Of a DNA stretch of 64,000 nucleotides, positions 13,001-26,259 are shown piece by piece. The notes beneath the pieces are model-generated. The model was not told where the DNA came from, ran no database searches, and saw nothing but the letters and a program-made list of their open reading frames with translations. Within the stretch, counting starts at the first letter, position 1. Each line of letters opens with the position of its first letter. A program made the position numbers and the translations under genes. This DNA is from Raillietiella orientalis (lineage: Eukaryota), in NCBI GenBank assembly GCA_036172245.1, contig JAYWIR010000009.1, positions 806,001 through 870,000 of the forward strand, read 5' to 3'.

Positions 13001-16000
13001 CGCCTCGGAGTACTCGCAAGACTAATAAGCTAATTTTACATTATTGGTTCCGGATAATGGTCCTGAAGTCTCCTTTTCCCAAAATTGCCTCCATTGATGT
13101 TGCATGCCTGGATAGAACGTTGGACGCCCCTATCTGCTGCTCGCCCTAAATTTCCATCGTTCAGAGTACGCAATGTATGACTGGTAAATCGAAAGGGCAG
13201 GTCAGGTTGAAAAGTCTGATTGGTCCTCGCTACCGCGTGTGCCAAAATGCTGCTCAACCGTTTTTCTTACTTTTGAATCGAATTCTGCAGGACTCATAAA
13301 ATCTACAAGCCTGCTCTGCTTGATTCCTTCCAGGAAAACCTTGCCCTCCTGGATGCTCTGCGCTTTGAGACACAGGACTTGAGGACAGAGGCGAAAACAG
13401 CTCGGATAAGGAACGAAGTTCTCTTTAAAACCAAATAAGAGCATGGGAACAAGAAATGCTTGCGTTCTATTGATGCTCACTGCCAATCTAGGCCTCTAAT
13501 GCCGTTTTTTCCCAAGGTTCTCCATAGCCACGAAGATCAATGAAAACTTTTCTCCTTTGGTACTGGTACTGATTAGACGCAAAAAATCTTTTACTCTTAT
13601 CCTTTAGCTTAAACACAAACTACCCTTCCAGGATTTTCTTCAGTGGAAAGCGTCAAGGCGAATTTTGGCCAGGTGCTCTCGGGTCACCTGTCACAACAGA
13701 CTCTCCTTGCTTTGAGCGGGTGATACTTTGGATGAGTTGAGGTTCGGTCGCACCCGCACCGCGGAGGCACGCTTCCTCCTCGCCCTCCCAAATAGCCATT
13801 CGGATTTTCCATCCGCGTTACTTGAAGCGTCTCTTGCAACTCCCGCGATGGATGGAACCTCTAAAGTCCTTTGCTCTGCTTCACCCTTGAAAGCCAAGCA
13901 GGCAGCCTTTGCAAATCCACAGGAGGAAGTCCTCAGCAGCATCCGCAAGCCATACGCTCCACGCAACTCTCCGTTCATGAGAGAATGGTAGAGTGAGCGT
14001 CTGAGTGCTGCGCAGTGCTCAGGGGCGGACTTTTGGGGATCCCGTCGCTAACGGCGTGTTTCTTCCCCCCCCCCCCTTCCTTCACGTCCATCCCCTTCCT
14101 TCCCCGCCGCCGCCGCTGCTGCTGGCTCCCTCCGCCTGCGCCGGTATCGTCATCATTGTGGTAGCTCCGTCGGGATGGTTTGATCAGCGGAAACCAGACG
14201 TTTCCCCGTGGCCCCAGCCCCGTGGAGACGTCTCAGAGAAGCAGGTCTCCGCATTGGCGCTATCCACACCATGGACGATTCGTTCCGCAGAAGCAGGTGC
14301 ATAACCCACGTGATAAGAGTGGCTCAACCAACAGGTCCCGATCATTCCCTTCCCGAGAGCAGGACCCCTCCCGCGCCTGTTGTCTCCCGCGGCCACATTG
14401 CGAGTTTGGAGGAAGCAGTCGGAGAAGCACACTCTGCTTTCCCTTCTCGGCTTGGGCCGCGCGTGGATGGCTGCTGCCATCAGGCAGACGTGAAGACCTC
14501 CTGATGATTGGTCGACTGAGCGATTTTTCTCGGATTTCTTTTCCCGGTTCGCCCTCCATCCCTTCTCCGAAGCGCGGCTGCGGTAGACCAGTGGAAGCAG
14601 CGGCTCGATCTTTCAGCGGATCATCCAGGCACGTTTGCTACCTCTGTGGGACCCTAGAGTGCTCTTCAGCGACAAGCTCTCTCTTTCAATGCTCTTCTGG
14701 GGAGATCTTCCTGTCAGGGACAGATACGGGAGGAGGTCCCAATGACCTCACGTTCCTGCGTCCTCTTGCCGATCGCGTCCATCCTGCAAAGAGACAGGTG
14801 CTCATTTGGGCATAGGAAATTTTCTGCATGGGGGGGGAGGAGGGGGAAAGTAATAATGTTGTCGCTGCCGTAACAACCGAGCTCTCCTCGCGAGTGATGC
14901 GATAAGTATATCTCTGCTCCCGAGCGAAGCCAGTTGGCTCCACCCATTTCCGTCATTACTCGAGGTCCCCGGATAGCCACCATTCGTCCTCCTGCGCCGC
15001 CAGTCCAAAGAGGCCGAACTGCCTTTCTCTCCTCTCGTACGCGCACTCAGCGAGCGCTTCCTGATGCGGCCATACCCTCATCCATCCTTCTCCCTAATTT
15101 AGGGAAGAGGTGGTGCCCTGTTCCTCCCCGCTGATGGGCCTCCAGAGATGACAGACAAGGTGGCTTTCCTTCGATCCGGAAAAACAAAAAGCCGTGTCTA
15201 TAAAAAAAAAAATAAAATAAAAAGGCCTAATGAATAGTTGGGGAGGCGAGGGGGAGATGGAATTGCGGATCCACGGCACGATTATCCTCTGGTTGCTCAG
15301 GGAAACCGGATAGCCGGCTCGCATCGCCTCGCTTCTCTCCTGAGATATCCTGCGTTTTGCTTTTTCCGCTCCCCTCCTCCTCCTAGTGTTCTTTTTTTTT
15401 TTTTTCCTTTTCCCCCTTCCTTTTTTTTTTTTTTTTTTTCCCTACACGCTGCTGAAAGAACATTTACACGATGGATGCGGCCGCTCAAAATTTCTCGTGA
15501 TCGATGATCTCCGAGCCCCGCTAAAGATGGAACGCTCAGTGGAATCATATCACCCCTTCCCCCCCCCCTCCCCCCACGAAATTCTTCGGACGGGGATGAA
15601 ATATGCTATTGAACAATCTGCGAGTAAGCAGAATGAGACCAAAAGGGAAAAAACGGAACAGAAGGCGAGGTACACGGCAGCGCGAGAAAAGTCAGGGGAA
15701 GACGTCCGCGCGACCTCCGTAGCGCACGCTGATTGAGTCCTTCGCGACTCCGTTGCGAATCTTCCCTGCGCGAGAAACGCATGCGATCCGCCTAAACGCT
15801 TTCGGGTTGCATGTGCTGGGAGAAGCTCGTCCCGTTTTTACGGATGAAGCATCCATAAATCATCAATAACAACAGTGGGCTTTTTTTTCCTATCTGCTTC
15901 TCGTAAGACAAACAGAGAGAAGGAGGGGAGAGGAAGGGGGTAAAGGACAAAAAAAAAAAAAAAAAAAAAGGAAAAAACACTCGCTGGTAACTTTTTGCTA

Positions 16001-19000
16001 CATTTTCTCCCAAATTCTTGAGCGCAGAACGCGTGCATGCGTGCTGGAAGGCACGTGCATCGCACACGTACGTGTGCACCGTGTAAGCCCAAGCAGGATT
16101 AGCACACCACATGCACCGACCCACTCGCTTCGGAGGAACACTTACGGAGCCGCCCCGAGTCCCTGTGGCATACGCAGGTGAACCGTTGCTGAATATTCAC
16201 CAAGGTCATCACCATCCAAACTATTTTTTCAAAGTTTGCACGGTACATTTCGAAGATCGGAACGAACCACCGCATTCAAGCACTGTTAGGCCAAATTCAA
16301 ACATGGCGCCCTGGACAGTCATTGTTGCCAGGTCCGCACAACCTTTGCGAGCGTGGGATATAGGAAAATAAAGGCGGCTTTTCCAGCGGTGCTATGTAGT
16401 AGTCAACAGCCCAATGTAATCATTAACTGACTCTGAACCGAATAAGATCGAAGTACTCTCACGAACGACAAAAGGCAACAACATCTGAAGTGCCGCCAGG
16501 CACACTCCGGCAGCAGTAGCGTGATCCATATATGTGCTGAGGAAAACAACGGTGGAGAAGAGCTGATCCTAGCCAAACGCCCAAATAGCAGAATCGCACT
16601 TTTCCATGGCAAAACAGAGATCCTGTTCACAAAAAGAGCATTGCAAACATCCGTGTGAATACACATATACACCGGAGGCGCAGAAGTGCAAGTACTATAC
16701 CGAATGTATGCTCAGCGTGCTGCTTTTCGGTACACGTAATGTTCAGATGCATGTGAGTTCACGTATAGCTGGAAGTGAGTGTGTTCCCAACACCTCCATC
16801 CACGGAAAAACAAAAATGGCAAACTTTGAAAAATGTTTTTCGAGGAATAAAGACGACGAATTCAAGATGGCCCACGTTCTACTTCCGCGGAACGCTCTCG
16901 AAAAATTCTGATGCGCTCTCCAGGCATGAGCCGCAAAAATGATCCGGAAATAAAAAGGAAAAAAAAAAAAAATTAGCAAGAGAATAAAACTTGAACATGA
17001 AATTTATTGCTCGGTGCCAAGACGTATTCCATCTTCCTTCCCCATTAGCTGTGTCAACAAAAGATGAATCTACGACCGAGAGCAGTCCGCTTGGCCAACT
17101 GCAACCAGACGTTTTGGATTTCGCGTACCTCGAGCGCTACCAAGGCGACACGGGAGGAGGAGGTATCCTGGGCTGCTCGGCTCTCCTGCGGAAGGGCCCC
17201 GTTTATTTGCATTTATTCGAATCTTTCGCCGGATGACTCCGGCGCTGCCGTGGAAACGAAATGAAGTGCGGGAGGTAGAGAGGCAGCGCGCCTCGAGCGC
17301 TCACGCATGGCCAGCTTCCGACGCGGTCGCGCGCGCCGACCGGGGAGGGGCGGGAGAGGGATCAACGTCTGCCGGGAGCAACTCCGGCGCGCGCGTCGAG
17401 AGGGTGCTGCTGCACGCGAGGCCCGGAGTGAGTCTCCACGAGGTGGCAACGGTCGCGCCGGCGACCAGCATGAGCATTTCGGGATAATTTCCCGGGGAAT
17501 TCATCATCTGCGCTTGCCCGCGGATGATGGAAACATGCATTCGTGACATAATGATGACGAGAAAAGAGGGAAAGGGGGGGGGGGAGGAAGGAGGGGGAAG
17601 CAGCAGCAGCAGCGCTCTGTGCCCCCCTCCTGACAGTTCCGTTTCGTCAAACCAAAGAAGGAAGCAAGCAAGAAATGAGGAGCCGGGGGAGGGGAAACAT
17701 AAATTGCGTGTTTTGCGACGGCGTCTCTGATCACAGGATCGTTATCGAGTGGGACTGGACACTCATTCACCACCACCACAATCCCTGGCGATAAGCAGAG
17801 ATGTGTGTCAGATAACCTCTGTCCGCATGCTTTCTGAATGAAGTGTTGAGCTCCGCCGGCGAAGCTCCCGTCGGAAGCGCCGCTTATTAAGTTATCATTT
17901 GGTAGACTGCTGAAGGTCAGTGTGGCTCCGTGCCGCTCGAAACACATGTGATGTGCACGCACGCACGCGTGTTCATCCATGCGCGATCTCCCTCCCTCTT
18001 CCCTCCCCGAAATCCCACCGATCTCAAGCTCTCCCCCATTCCTGTAAGCTCCCCATGATCGTTTCCTGCTTCAGAGGACGGAGGCTCTAAATCACACGGA
18101 ATCGCGTATTATGATACTGCGTGGTGTTTCGAGTGTCCTGAGAACTGGGAAGCGTTCCTTGGGAGGAAGAACGCTTCGAGGGGATAAGATCCCTTGCTCG
18201 TGCGATTTTCCGCGGGTTCCCTGTCGGGCTGGACTGTATCAAAACAAACATCGTGGTCGTTGCCCACTCCAGAAGTGCATTCAAGCTTGCTTGTTTGCCT
18301 GGCGGCTGGGGAGGAGGAAGAGAGGTCTTCCAGACGCCCTCTTGCAGCACGCAGCACTCTCCCCGGTGTGTTTCCCGGAGGGCAGGCGGAGCGTGGCGCC
18401 CCGAAGGGCGAGGCGATGTCCTCCGTTCGGTGCGAGCCTTATGGGTCGCCTTTTTCGTTCCTGTTCGACGCAGGACGCGTTCTCCGGGCACGCGGCACGC
18501 TGGCGGGGGGGGCGCGGTCTCCGGACCATAAGGAAAAGCGACAGAGGACGGTCTCCGGACGTGGGGTCCACCTGCCCGAAAGAACTCTGTCTGGACGGCC
18601 TCCCTTCGAGGCGCGAAGCCGAGACGGGGCCGGGAGCGCCGCCTCGGAAGCGGCGGCCTCCTTCCACCCCCCTGACGAAACGGGGAAGTCATGCCTGCTC
18701 CTGTTCCGGAGGCCTCGCCTGGCACGGTCGCGATGGCTGCCGCGACCCGCCCCCCCGGCGCAGACCCACCCGCGAGTGCCGCGCACTCTCAGCTACCAGG
18801 CGCGCGCGCGCCAGCTGGCGACGAGTCCTCCTTTGCGGAACCCGGAGGCGCGTACTGGGGCGGGGAGTAGGTGAGGCTGCACGCCGCGTGCTTGACGCGA
18901 ACCAAATTAGCGAAACCGCGAAGCCCAGCCGGGGCGGATGGCTCCGAGCACCGCCAGCAGTTATGCCTTTCCCCAATTACCGCCGTTTATTTTGAAACGG

Positions 19001-20928
19001 GAGAGGGGGAGCAGGGGAGTAGGGGTAGGAGTAGGGGAAGGGTAGGCAACACAGTGCGCCGCGCGCTCGTCGGTCGGCGTAGCGTCTCGCAGCCGTCGGA
19101 CGCACATGGAAAATCACTCCGCGAGCTTCGGATTTCTTTCTCCCCTTTTTTCTTTTTGCTGCGGCCACTGCTGAGGAAACACGCCCAGGGAGGAGGCAGA
19201 TGGCACTGCCTTCCAGCGGCGCCGCGGCGCGAGCTCGAGGGGAGCGACGAAAACCAACAACATTCCTGCCGGATGGGCGCAAAACAGAGAGGGGGTGCCT
19301 TCGGCTGATGGAGACGACGGCACGGCCCTCTCCTCCGAATGGTTTAACTGCTTGCCTCCAGGTGCGGTCTCGAGTCCCTACATCATCTGGCCGATGAGCC
19401 TTCGCCGTAATGGGGCTCTCCCGAAGGATTGGATGATGTGCGGTGCCGAAAACGCAGCGAACGGGATCAACCCCCCCCCCCCCTCTCCCCCCTCTCGGGA
19501 TTCGCGGTCTCCTCGCTGCCGGGGTCTCTAGAAAAAAGCCTCCTCAGCTTGCCTCCCGCACCGGGGAAGCTTTCCTCCTCGGGCAGCAGCGCCGGAAGTT
19601 TCGAGTTCACCTGCAACCGCGTATCTTCGGAGGATGAAGGGCGCCGCGACTTCGTCCTTTCTTACGGCCGGATCGGGCAGTGTCGATGGAAACGACGGGC
19701 CAGCGTTTCCATCGTGGGGCGGCAGAACGCGGGTTCGAATCCAGCCCAAGTGGTAGGGGACTCCGCAAGCAGTGCCCCACTCCTGGTGTAAACCTCTCTC
19801 GCTGGAGCCGCGCTGCGGAGCAACAGCACGCGGGCGGAAAGTCATCCCATAGCCGGAGGACAGATCAGATGCTTCCCAAGCAGCGAGCTGGGAGGTGAGG
19901 CTGCCGGCAACCCGCACAAGAAGTTGGACATCCCCCCTGCACTTTGAAGATTCGTCCCCTGCACTTCCGTCCTCAAGATTTGCGCCGCAGGTGAATTTGC
20001 ATCCGCAGTGCTTCGGCATCCGTGATCGCCATCCACAATGTTCCGCCATCCGTAAATTTCCATTTATAAGGTTAGCCATCTCCAGCTGCAATCAGGGTTG
20101 CCATCCCTTCATCCACTGGATCGCAATCAGCACGCTCGTCCCGTCTGCTGGGAAAATCTCTGCGAAGCAGCCATCGCGGGTCGCCACTCCTGGGGCGGAC
20201 TCCTTGAAGAGGTGCAGTCGGGTGCCGCGCAGGGCCGGCGCCTCTTGAGGAGTCGTCCCGGATTCCCGGTTCCGCGCTGCTGACGGGAAAGCCATCGCCC
20301 CGGAGGGAACACCGAGGGGTGCTTCGAGCGACCTCGTTGCCGAGGAAGCCGCCCTCTTTTGCACACCTCGAGCTCTCCGTTCATCCCCCGTCTCCTCCTC
20401 CTGCGGGAGAGGTGACGTGCCGGGAGAGGTGCAGGGAGAGACGCCCTCCCTGGCTCCACCAACGCCGCGGATGGAGACCGGAAGGGGGGGGGGGGAGAAG
20501 CAAGCCTTGGGGTTCGCTGCTGTGAGGTCCTGCCCCGGGACCCTCCCAGGAACAGCCGCCATCGCTGGTGGTGGCTGCCGGTCACCGCACAGGAGCGCCC
20601 GGCGCGGAGTCCCTGAACGCGGTGGACGATGGCGCCCGCTCCTTCCTCGCACGCGATTTGCACACGTGGCTCGCGTTTTCGGCTTCGGGGACCCCTTTTG
20701 TGTCAATACTTCTTCTCCGTCCGGAATTTTCGAAGTTCACGGTTTCTTCTTCGCGCTATTTAAAATTAGGCACGTCTATTGAAATTCACGAGTGCTGGAA
20801 CTGGGAATTGATGGAAAACGTCCCGAAACTAATAGGTTTCCAACGTTTTCGGAAGGAGGAGGAGGAGGAGGAGGGGGGGGGGGAGGAAAGAAAACTGGAT
20901 GGAAAGAGGGAGAGGGAGGGGAGGGGGT

Positions 20929-20956
20929 AGAGAGAGAGAGAGAGAGAGAGAGAGAG
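20929..20956. repeat. (AG)n microsatellite
   Basis: Direct reading. Confidence 0.95.
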
Positions 20957-23900
20957 GGCGAAAAAAATAAATAAAGTTTAATCTAGCCGTTCGCTGCTTC
21001 GATCTTCTGGAAGTACTTCCTCCTCTCTTGCCACTTGAAGTTATGATTAATGAAGACGAGCACACGTTTCCTCTGGAAAATTCTCCCTTCAAAGAGGGCG
21101 TCGGTAATCGCGCTTTATTTTCTCGCAAGCAAAACACAGTCAACGAGAACCGAGCGAAAGCAATCACGGAGTACTCGTTCGTGTTCTCATGGAAACGCGC
21201 ACGTGTCCTCCGGCGAAGTGAAAGTGTCATCTGTCCGTAGCGGAGGAGAAAACGGGGAAAAAACAACCAGCCAGCCACCGCGCGTCCCTTCGAGACCCAG
21301 ACGTGGTCCAGGGAGGAGGAGGCGGGGAAGAAACGGCGGACGGAGTCGCCGTCCGAATCGCGCGAATGGACCGCGGGCGTGGACACTCGGGGGCAGGGTG
21401 TGCGTTCCCAGCAGCGAAGGCACGTATGAGGAGGGAGTGTGCGCGTGCGCGGGGCCCAAGGCACTCGGAGAGAGCCCGCCGAAAGCTGGAAGGGGGGGGG
21501 GGAGGGGGGGGCAGCAGCAGCAGCATCGGCAGTTTCCGCGGTGGCGGAAATTCCTTCCTACCGACGGGCTCCACCACCCCATCGGTGCGGAAGGAAACGC
21601 GAGCAGCACGGATGCTGCTCGGCCGGGATGGAGCGCGTGCTGTCCGAGGTCTGCCGAGCCCGAGGGTCGTCGCGAAGACGCGTGGCAAGGAGGAAGCCAT
21701 TTTCCCCCCTCCCCCCTCCCTTCGCTGACACCACCAAGCAGGCGTGCCACATGTGGATGAAGGCTGCGCACAGGCATCCGGCGGCCGTGGCGAGCCTAAC
21801 AATGGTGTGCGCCGTCTATAAATAGCCTGGCGGGAGGGGGGGGCGCTCGGATCCCGGACGAGTTTCCATTGTTAATGAGAGAAAAGTTGATTAGCAATAA
21901 AATAAAGGAGCTCTGCGGAACGCTTCGGCGCCGTTCAATGCGTTTTGGGCTGCAGAGATGGGGTGGGAATCGCTGGAACGAGGCGGCCTAAGAATGGAGT
22001 CCTCGGGTTCTGACTTGACACTAATTATGCGAGAGGAGGAATTGTGGGTTATTCACAGCCTCTAGTGGTATTTGGTACAACATTTCACAATTTCAAAAGC
22101 CAGAGACAGGAGGGGGCGGGCTCCTGCTTGATTTGCTGTTACTCCTCCTCTGTCTCCAAAGGATACGGTTTCCCCACCCCATGATAACGCGCTGGAAGAT
22201 TTGCAGTTTACAGAAAAGTGGCGATCGGACGCCGGAGAGCTCCCTTTGTCAGTTGTCATGGAAACAGCGGCTCTCTCTCTGTTGCGGTTTTTTTTTCTCT
22301 CCCTTCCTGACAGCCCTCCTCGCTCGACGCTGGTGCGCTCTTCGTCCCCATCACGATGAAATGCGGCAGCACCACGAGCGGCGCGGGTGCTGCGGGGATG
22401 TTGGTGGAGCACGGCAGGGCCTGTCGGAAGGCTGCCCGGAGCTTCTCCCACCAAAGCCCATAGGGCGGGACTTCTGACTTCGGGTTTTGACTTGCCCCGC
22501 TTTCTCCCTCGCGGGAGAGAATGAGGAGCTGCCCGCGGCCGGCTGCCTACTCCCGGGATCACTGGGACACTCGGCGGAGGCCACCCTGGTGCCACTTCGC
22601 CCTCCACGGGAGACGGCGGCCACCTCCGCATGCCGGTTCGCACGCTCGCCCACCGCCACGAGACCGGAATCCAGAGGGCGGCAGCGCTGCGACCCTGGAA
22701 GGGCACGTCCTCCGGGCTGCGGAGGCGGCGCGGCATGCACGAGGGCAGCAGCTTTCCTCAGCGGATAAGGGACGAGGGCCAGGGTCGAGGGGACGCTTCG
22801 CTCCAGCCTCAGCCTTTCTTGCACCTGGACGAGGACGGGAGGTCCGTTGGCGCCCAAGGCGGGCCACAACGCGTCGTTTCGGTCGCTACCACGCCGGACG
22901 CATCTGACCAGATGAGCTGCCGCGATCGGGAGCATCCGCCTGCAATTACACCGCGATGCTTTTGAGAGAAGACAAAACTTTAACGACTGCAGGTGATGGA
23001 TGATCAGAAAAATCGTCTTAGTTCCAATCGCCTTGCTGATCTCCCAGCCTGCTCGTGGCGAACGGGGCTCGAACTTTCCCGCAGGAAGAGACGCGCGTAT
23101 CCCGAAAATCGAAGGAATTTGACGGAACATTGATTTCCGCCAGAGTCCTCAGAATAATCCTCCATCTTGAAAGATTAAAAGGCTGTATTTGCGATTATTT
23201 CCTGGGACGAAGAAATTGCAGCGAGCACATCTGATTTATCCCTCTTTATCTGAAGGTGAAGGCGACAGCGCACTTTGAAAGACGAGGGCGCCGGGACCAA
23301 ACGACGCACTCGTGGGGCTGTTCCCGCCCATTATGGCCCGACGGCTGCACGGACTCCATTTCGAATCGTGCCGTCGTCCGGGGAAACGGAACCTCTCTAC
23401 GGGAAGTCAACCCGGGTCTCCCTACGCGCCAAAGGCAAGCGAGCCTGCTGCTGCCACCGTCGCAGGAAGCGGAGCGTGCCTTCTTCGCCTCTATCTAGAG
23501 GGGATCATCCCCGAGACCTCTCCCGAGCGCGCCAGCCAGCTCCCGGTCGAAAAAGCCTCGGGCAGCTGGCCGGCGCGCTTCCCTTCTTGCTCGGTGCCGG
23601 ACCTGGCGCGTAGCACCACCACGCGTCGCGCGGCGCACCCACGCCCGCTTTCCGTAGCGGAGCGCCCTCGAACAGCTCGGGGGTCTCCTCGCGAACTCCA
23701 CTCCTGAGGGCTTTGCCGGCGCTTCCGAGCGGCTTCGTCCTTCCCTCCAGGAGGCAAAGGGGTAGCAAACCCCGGGGAAGACCGCCAGACGTCGGAGGAG
23801 GGGAGGGGGGACGGCGCTCATGCTTCGTTCCACCTCGAAGGGAGACGGGGCAGGAATAGCTTACCTGTTTCTCCTGTTCGATCGATCCGATTTTGCTCGT

Positions 23901-24061
23901 CGATCGACGCCGTCCGTTGGCGCCACTCCGCCGCCTGGCCATCAACCATCGGCACCTCCACCGATGTGCGCGCGTCCACCGGACAAACTGCCGGTGCCCA
24001 CGACAGTCGTAAACGCACCTCGGGGAAGAAGGAAAAACGCATAAACACACACAGGGAAACC

Positions 24062-24086
24062 AGAAGAAGAAGAAGAAGAAGAAGAA
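24062..24086. repeat. (AGA)n microsatellite
   Basis: Direct reading. Confidence 0.95.
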
Positions 24087-25981
24087 AGGCTGGAGGAGCA
24101 CGTGCTGCGTCTTTATGGACGCGTGGTGCGCAGGTGCACAGGCCACGCGTGGTCTCTCGTCAGTCGTGATGGACGCGCAGTAAAAGGTTCGCGACCTTCC
24201 ACAGTCACTCCGATGTCCCGGGGAGAGAGCACCCGTCGGAGACGCGGTCGCGTCGCGCGCGCTAGGGCGGTGCCGTGTGACCCGCGGCTTCACATTGGCC
24301 TCTGGAAGCGCCGCTCCCTACCCACAAAGAGGGGGAAGACGCCCGTCTCGCATCCCCTCCCTTTTGTGGGAGGAGGTCCCGGAGCTGGATGAGGCGACGC
24401 TCCTTCCCCTTCCCTCCCATCTCACCGCCAGAAGAGCCGCGAGTGGCTCCTCCTTTGGTTCAGAAGGAGGCTGAGGAATACTGCAGGGAGAAAGAGTAGG
24501 GTGAGCTGCGATGACGAGGGGCAGCTAACCCTTTGGCATACTCCTGTTCACCTCTCCTCACTCTCTGGAGACCTTGAGCACCATCTTCGTCCTCCACTCC
24601 CCCCCCCCCTCCTCCTTCGCGAACACAACGCGCGGCTCTCGACATCGCCCGCAGAGCGGGTACGCCCGAAGGGTCTCCAGGCCGCCTGCCGCCGCGGTTT
24701 TTCTCCGACTGCGAGCGCGCGAGTCGCCCCGAGAAGGGGCGAGGTGGCGCGTGGGAGGGGAACCACAATGTCGCGACCTGCCCCCTCGTGCACTTACCGT
24801 CCCCATTGTTCTCTTCTCCCCTTGCGAGGGCGCGGCTGGAGCTTATCGGAGTCCCCGATCTGGAGGCCACCGCCTCCGCCGCCCCGACAGCTTCCGCCTG
24901 AGGGGCCCCGCCGATGCTGCTGCCACCAGCAGGGAGGGAGGGGGTCGTCAGCCACCGGCCCGCTCGGTCCCCTCTTCCAGACACCTGACTCCGGATCACA
25001 GGTTCCTTCCCGCTCAGGGAGGCGCCGGGCGGACGGAGACCTCGGCTGCCCCACTGCCACGGACGACCGGCAGCCGGAGACCACTTCCGGGGCTGTGGAA
25101 GGGAGAAGGAAACGGTGCCGAAAGGAGCTCCAGGGTTCGGCGTGAGGTCATGCGGACACCGGGCACCGCCTACTGCCATCCCCATGACGACTCCAACAAT
25201 CGAGAGCGCCGCGCCCCTCGCCGTCCTATCGCGGATCCCATCAGCTCCTCTCTGCCTTTCGGAAGGGGGCCCTCGCGGGGGAGGGCCGAAACCCGAGAGC
25301 GCGGCAGCTGCTGCTGGATCACGGCCGGAGGGGCCTCTTCCAGGAGCCGCACCGCACCGCACCTGGGCGTCTCCAGAAAAACAGGGGACGCGGTCGGCGG
25401 TCTTCGATAGCATCGGCGATGGGGGACGCCTTCCTGCAGCTCCCAGTTACCCCTGGACACGGTCGCCCCGAGTCCCTCTTTTCCCCAGGAAGGGGGAGAG
25501 GGAGAGAGAAAGCAACAAAGGGAACGGTGGCGAAACTGCTCTGGTGAGGAGTCCCCTGGCCCTGAAGGGAGGACCTCCCTTTTCAGGGGACCCCTGGTCT
25601 GCCTTCTCCCCTCTTCCCAAAGGGCTGCCCTGTGATGCGCGACGACGACGCCTCCATGCGCGCCGGGAGGTGCACCCGCGGAGCTTCGCCTCCGGCGTTG
25701 AGAGAGTCGGGGGAGGATACGTGCCCAGTACAAGGGACAGATGGGCCCCTCTCCCTGCCCTTCCCATCCTTCCTGGCATCCCGGGTGCCCTGTCTCACCG
25801 TTAGCAGCCGCCCGAAACCTCCATGCGGGGAAGGGCGGAGAAAAAAACAACGAGCGGTCGCGGTAGCACGGTGGACTGCCCAGGCAACCGCACGGCGCGC
25901 TCTTGGGCTTTGCGCACTGCTCACCATCACAAAGCGACGACAACGGGAGCAAGGGGAAGGAGGGGGGAGGGAGGGAGAGCT

Positions 25982-26259
25982 ATCTGCACGAGTCGTCTCC
26001 AAGGTCCATGCGTGAGGGACGCGTGCGACCTACGACGGAGAGCGTCTTTCGGCACATGCCCGAGCGCCATCGGCAGAAGGGCCCCTGGGCACAAGCACTC
26101 TTCCTTGTCTCTGACTACCAGTCGAAAGAGGGGGGAGGTGGTCAGCGGATGCGCGCCCCGTGGAACGGCTGTCCAGTGGATCCGCGCCCACGCAGTCGCA
26201 CCTGTCCGCCATCTCCGTCGCCGTCGCTGTCTTCATCACCACGCTCTTTACTTCGCGTT
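25982..26259 (-). repeat. Unclassified interspersed repeat, copy B, arm 2
   Basis: Reverse complement of ~9820-10078 (for example CAAGGAAGAGTGCTTGTGCCCAGGGGCCCTTC is shared). Visibly more diverged than arm 1, about 8 mismatches in one 65-bp stretch. Confidence 0.88.

Noticed and set aside
21817..21824. TATAAATA TATA-box-like motif
   Set aside because: No Inr at the expected distance and no supported gene downstream.
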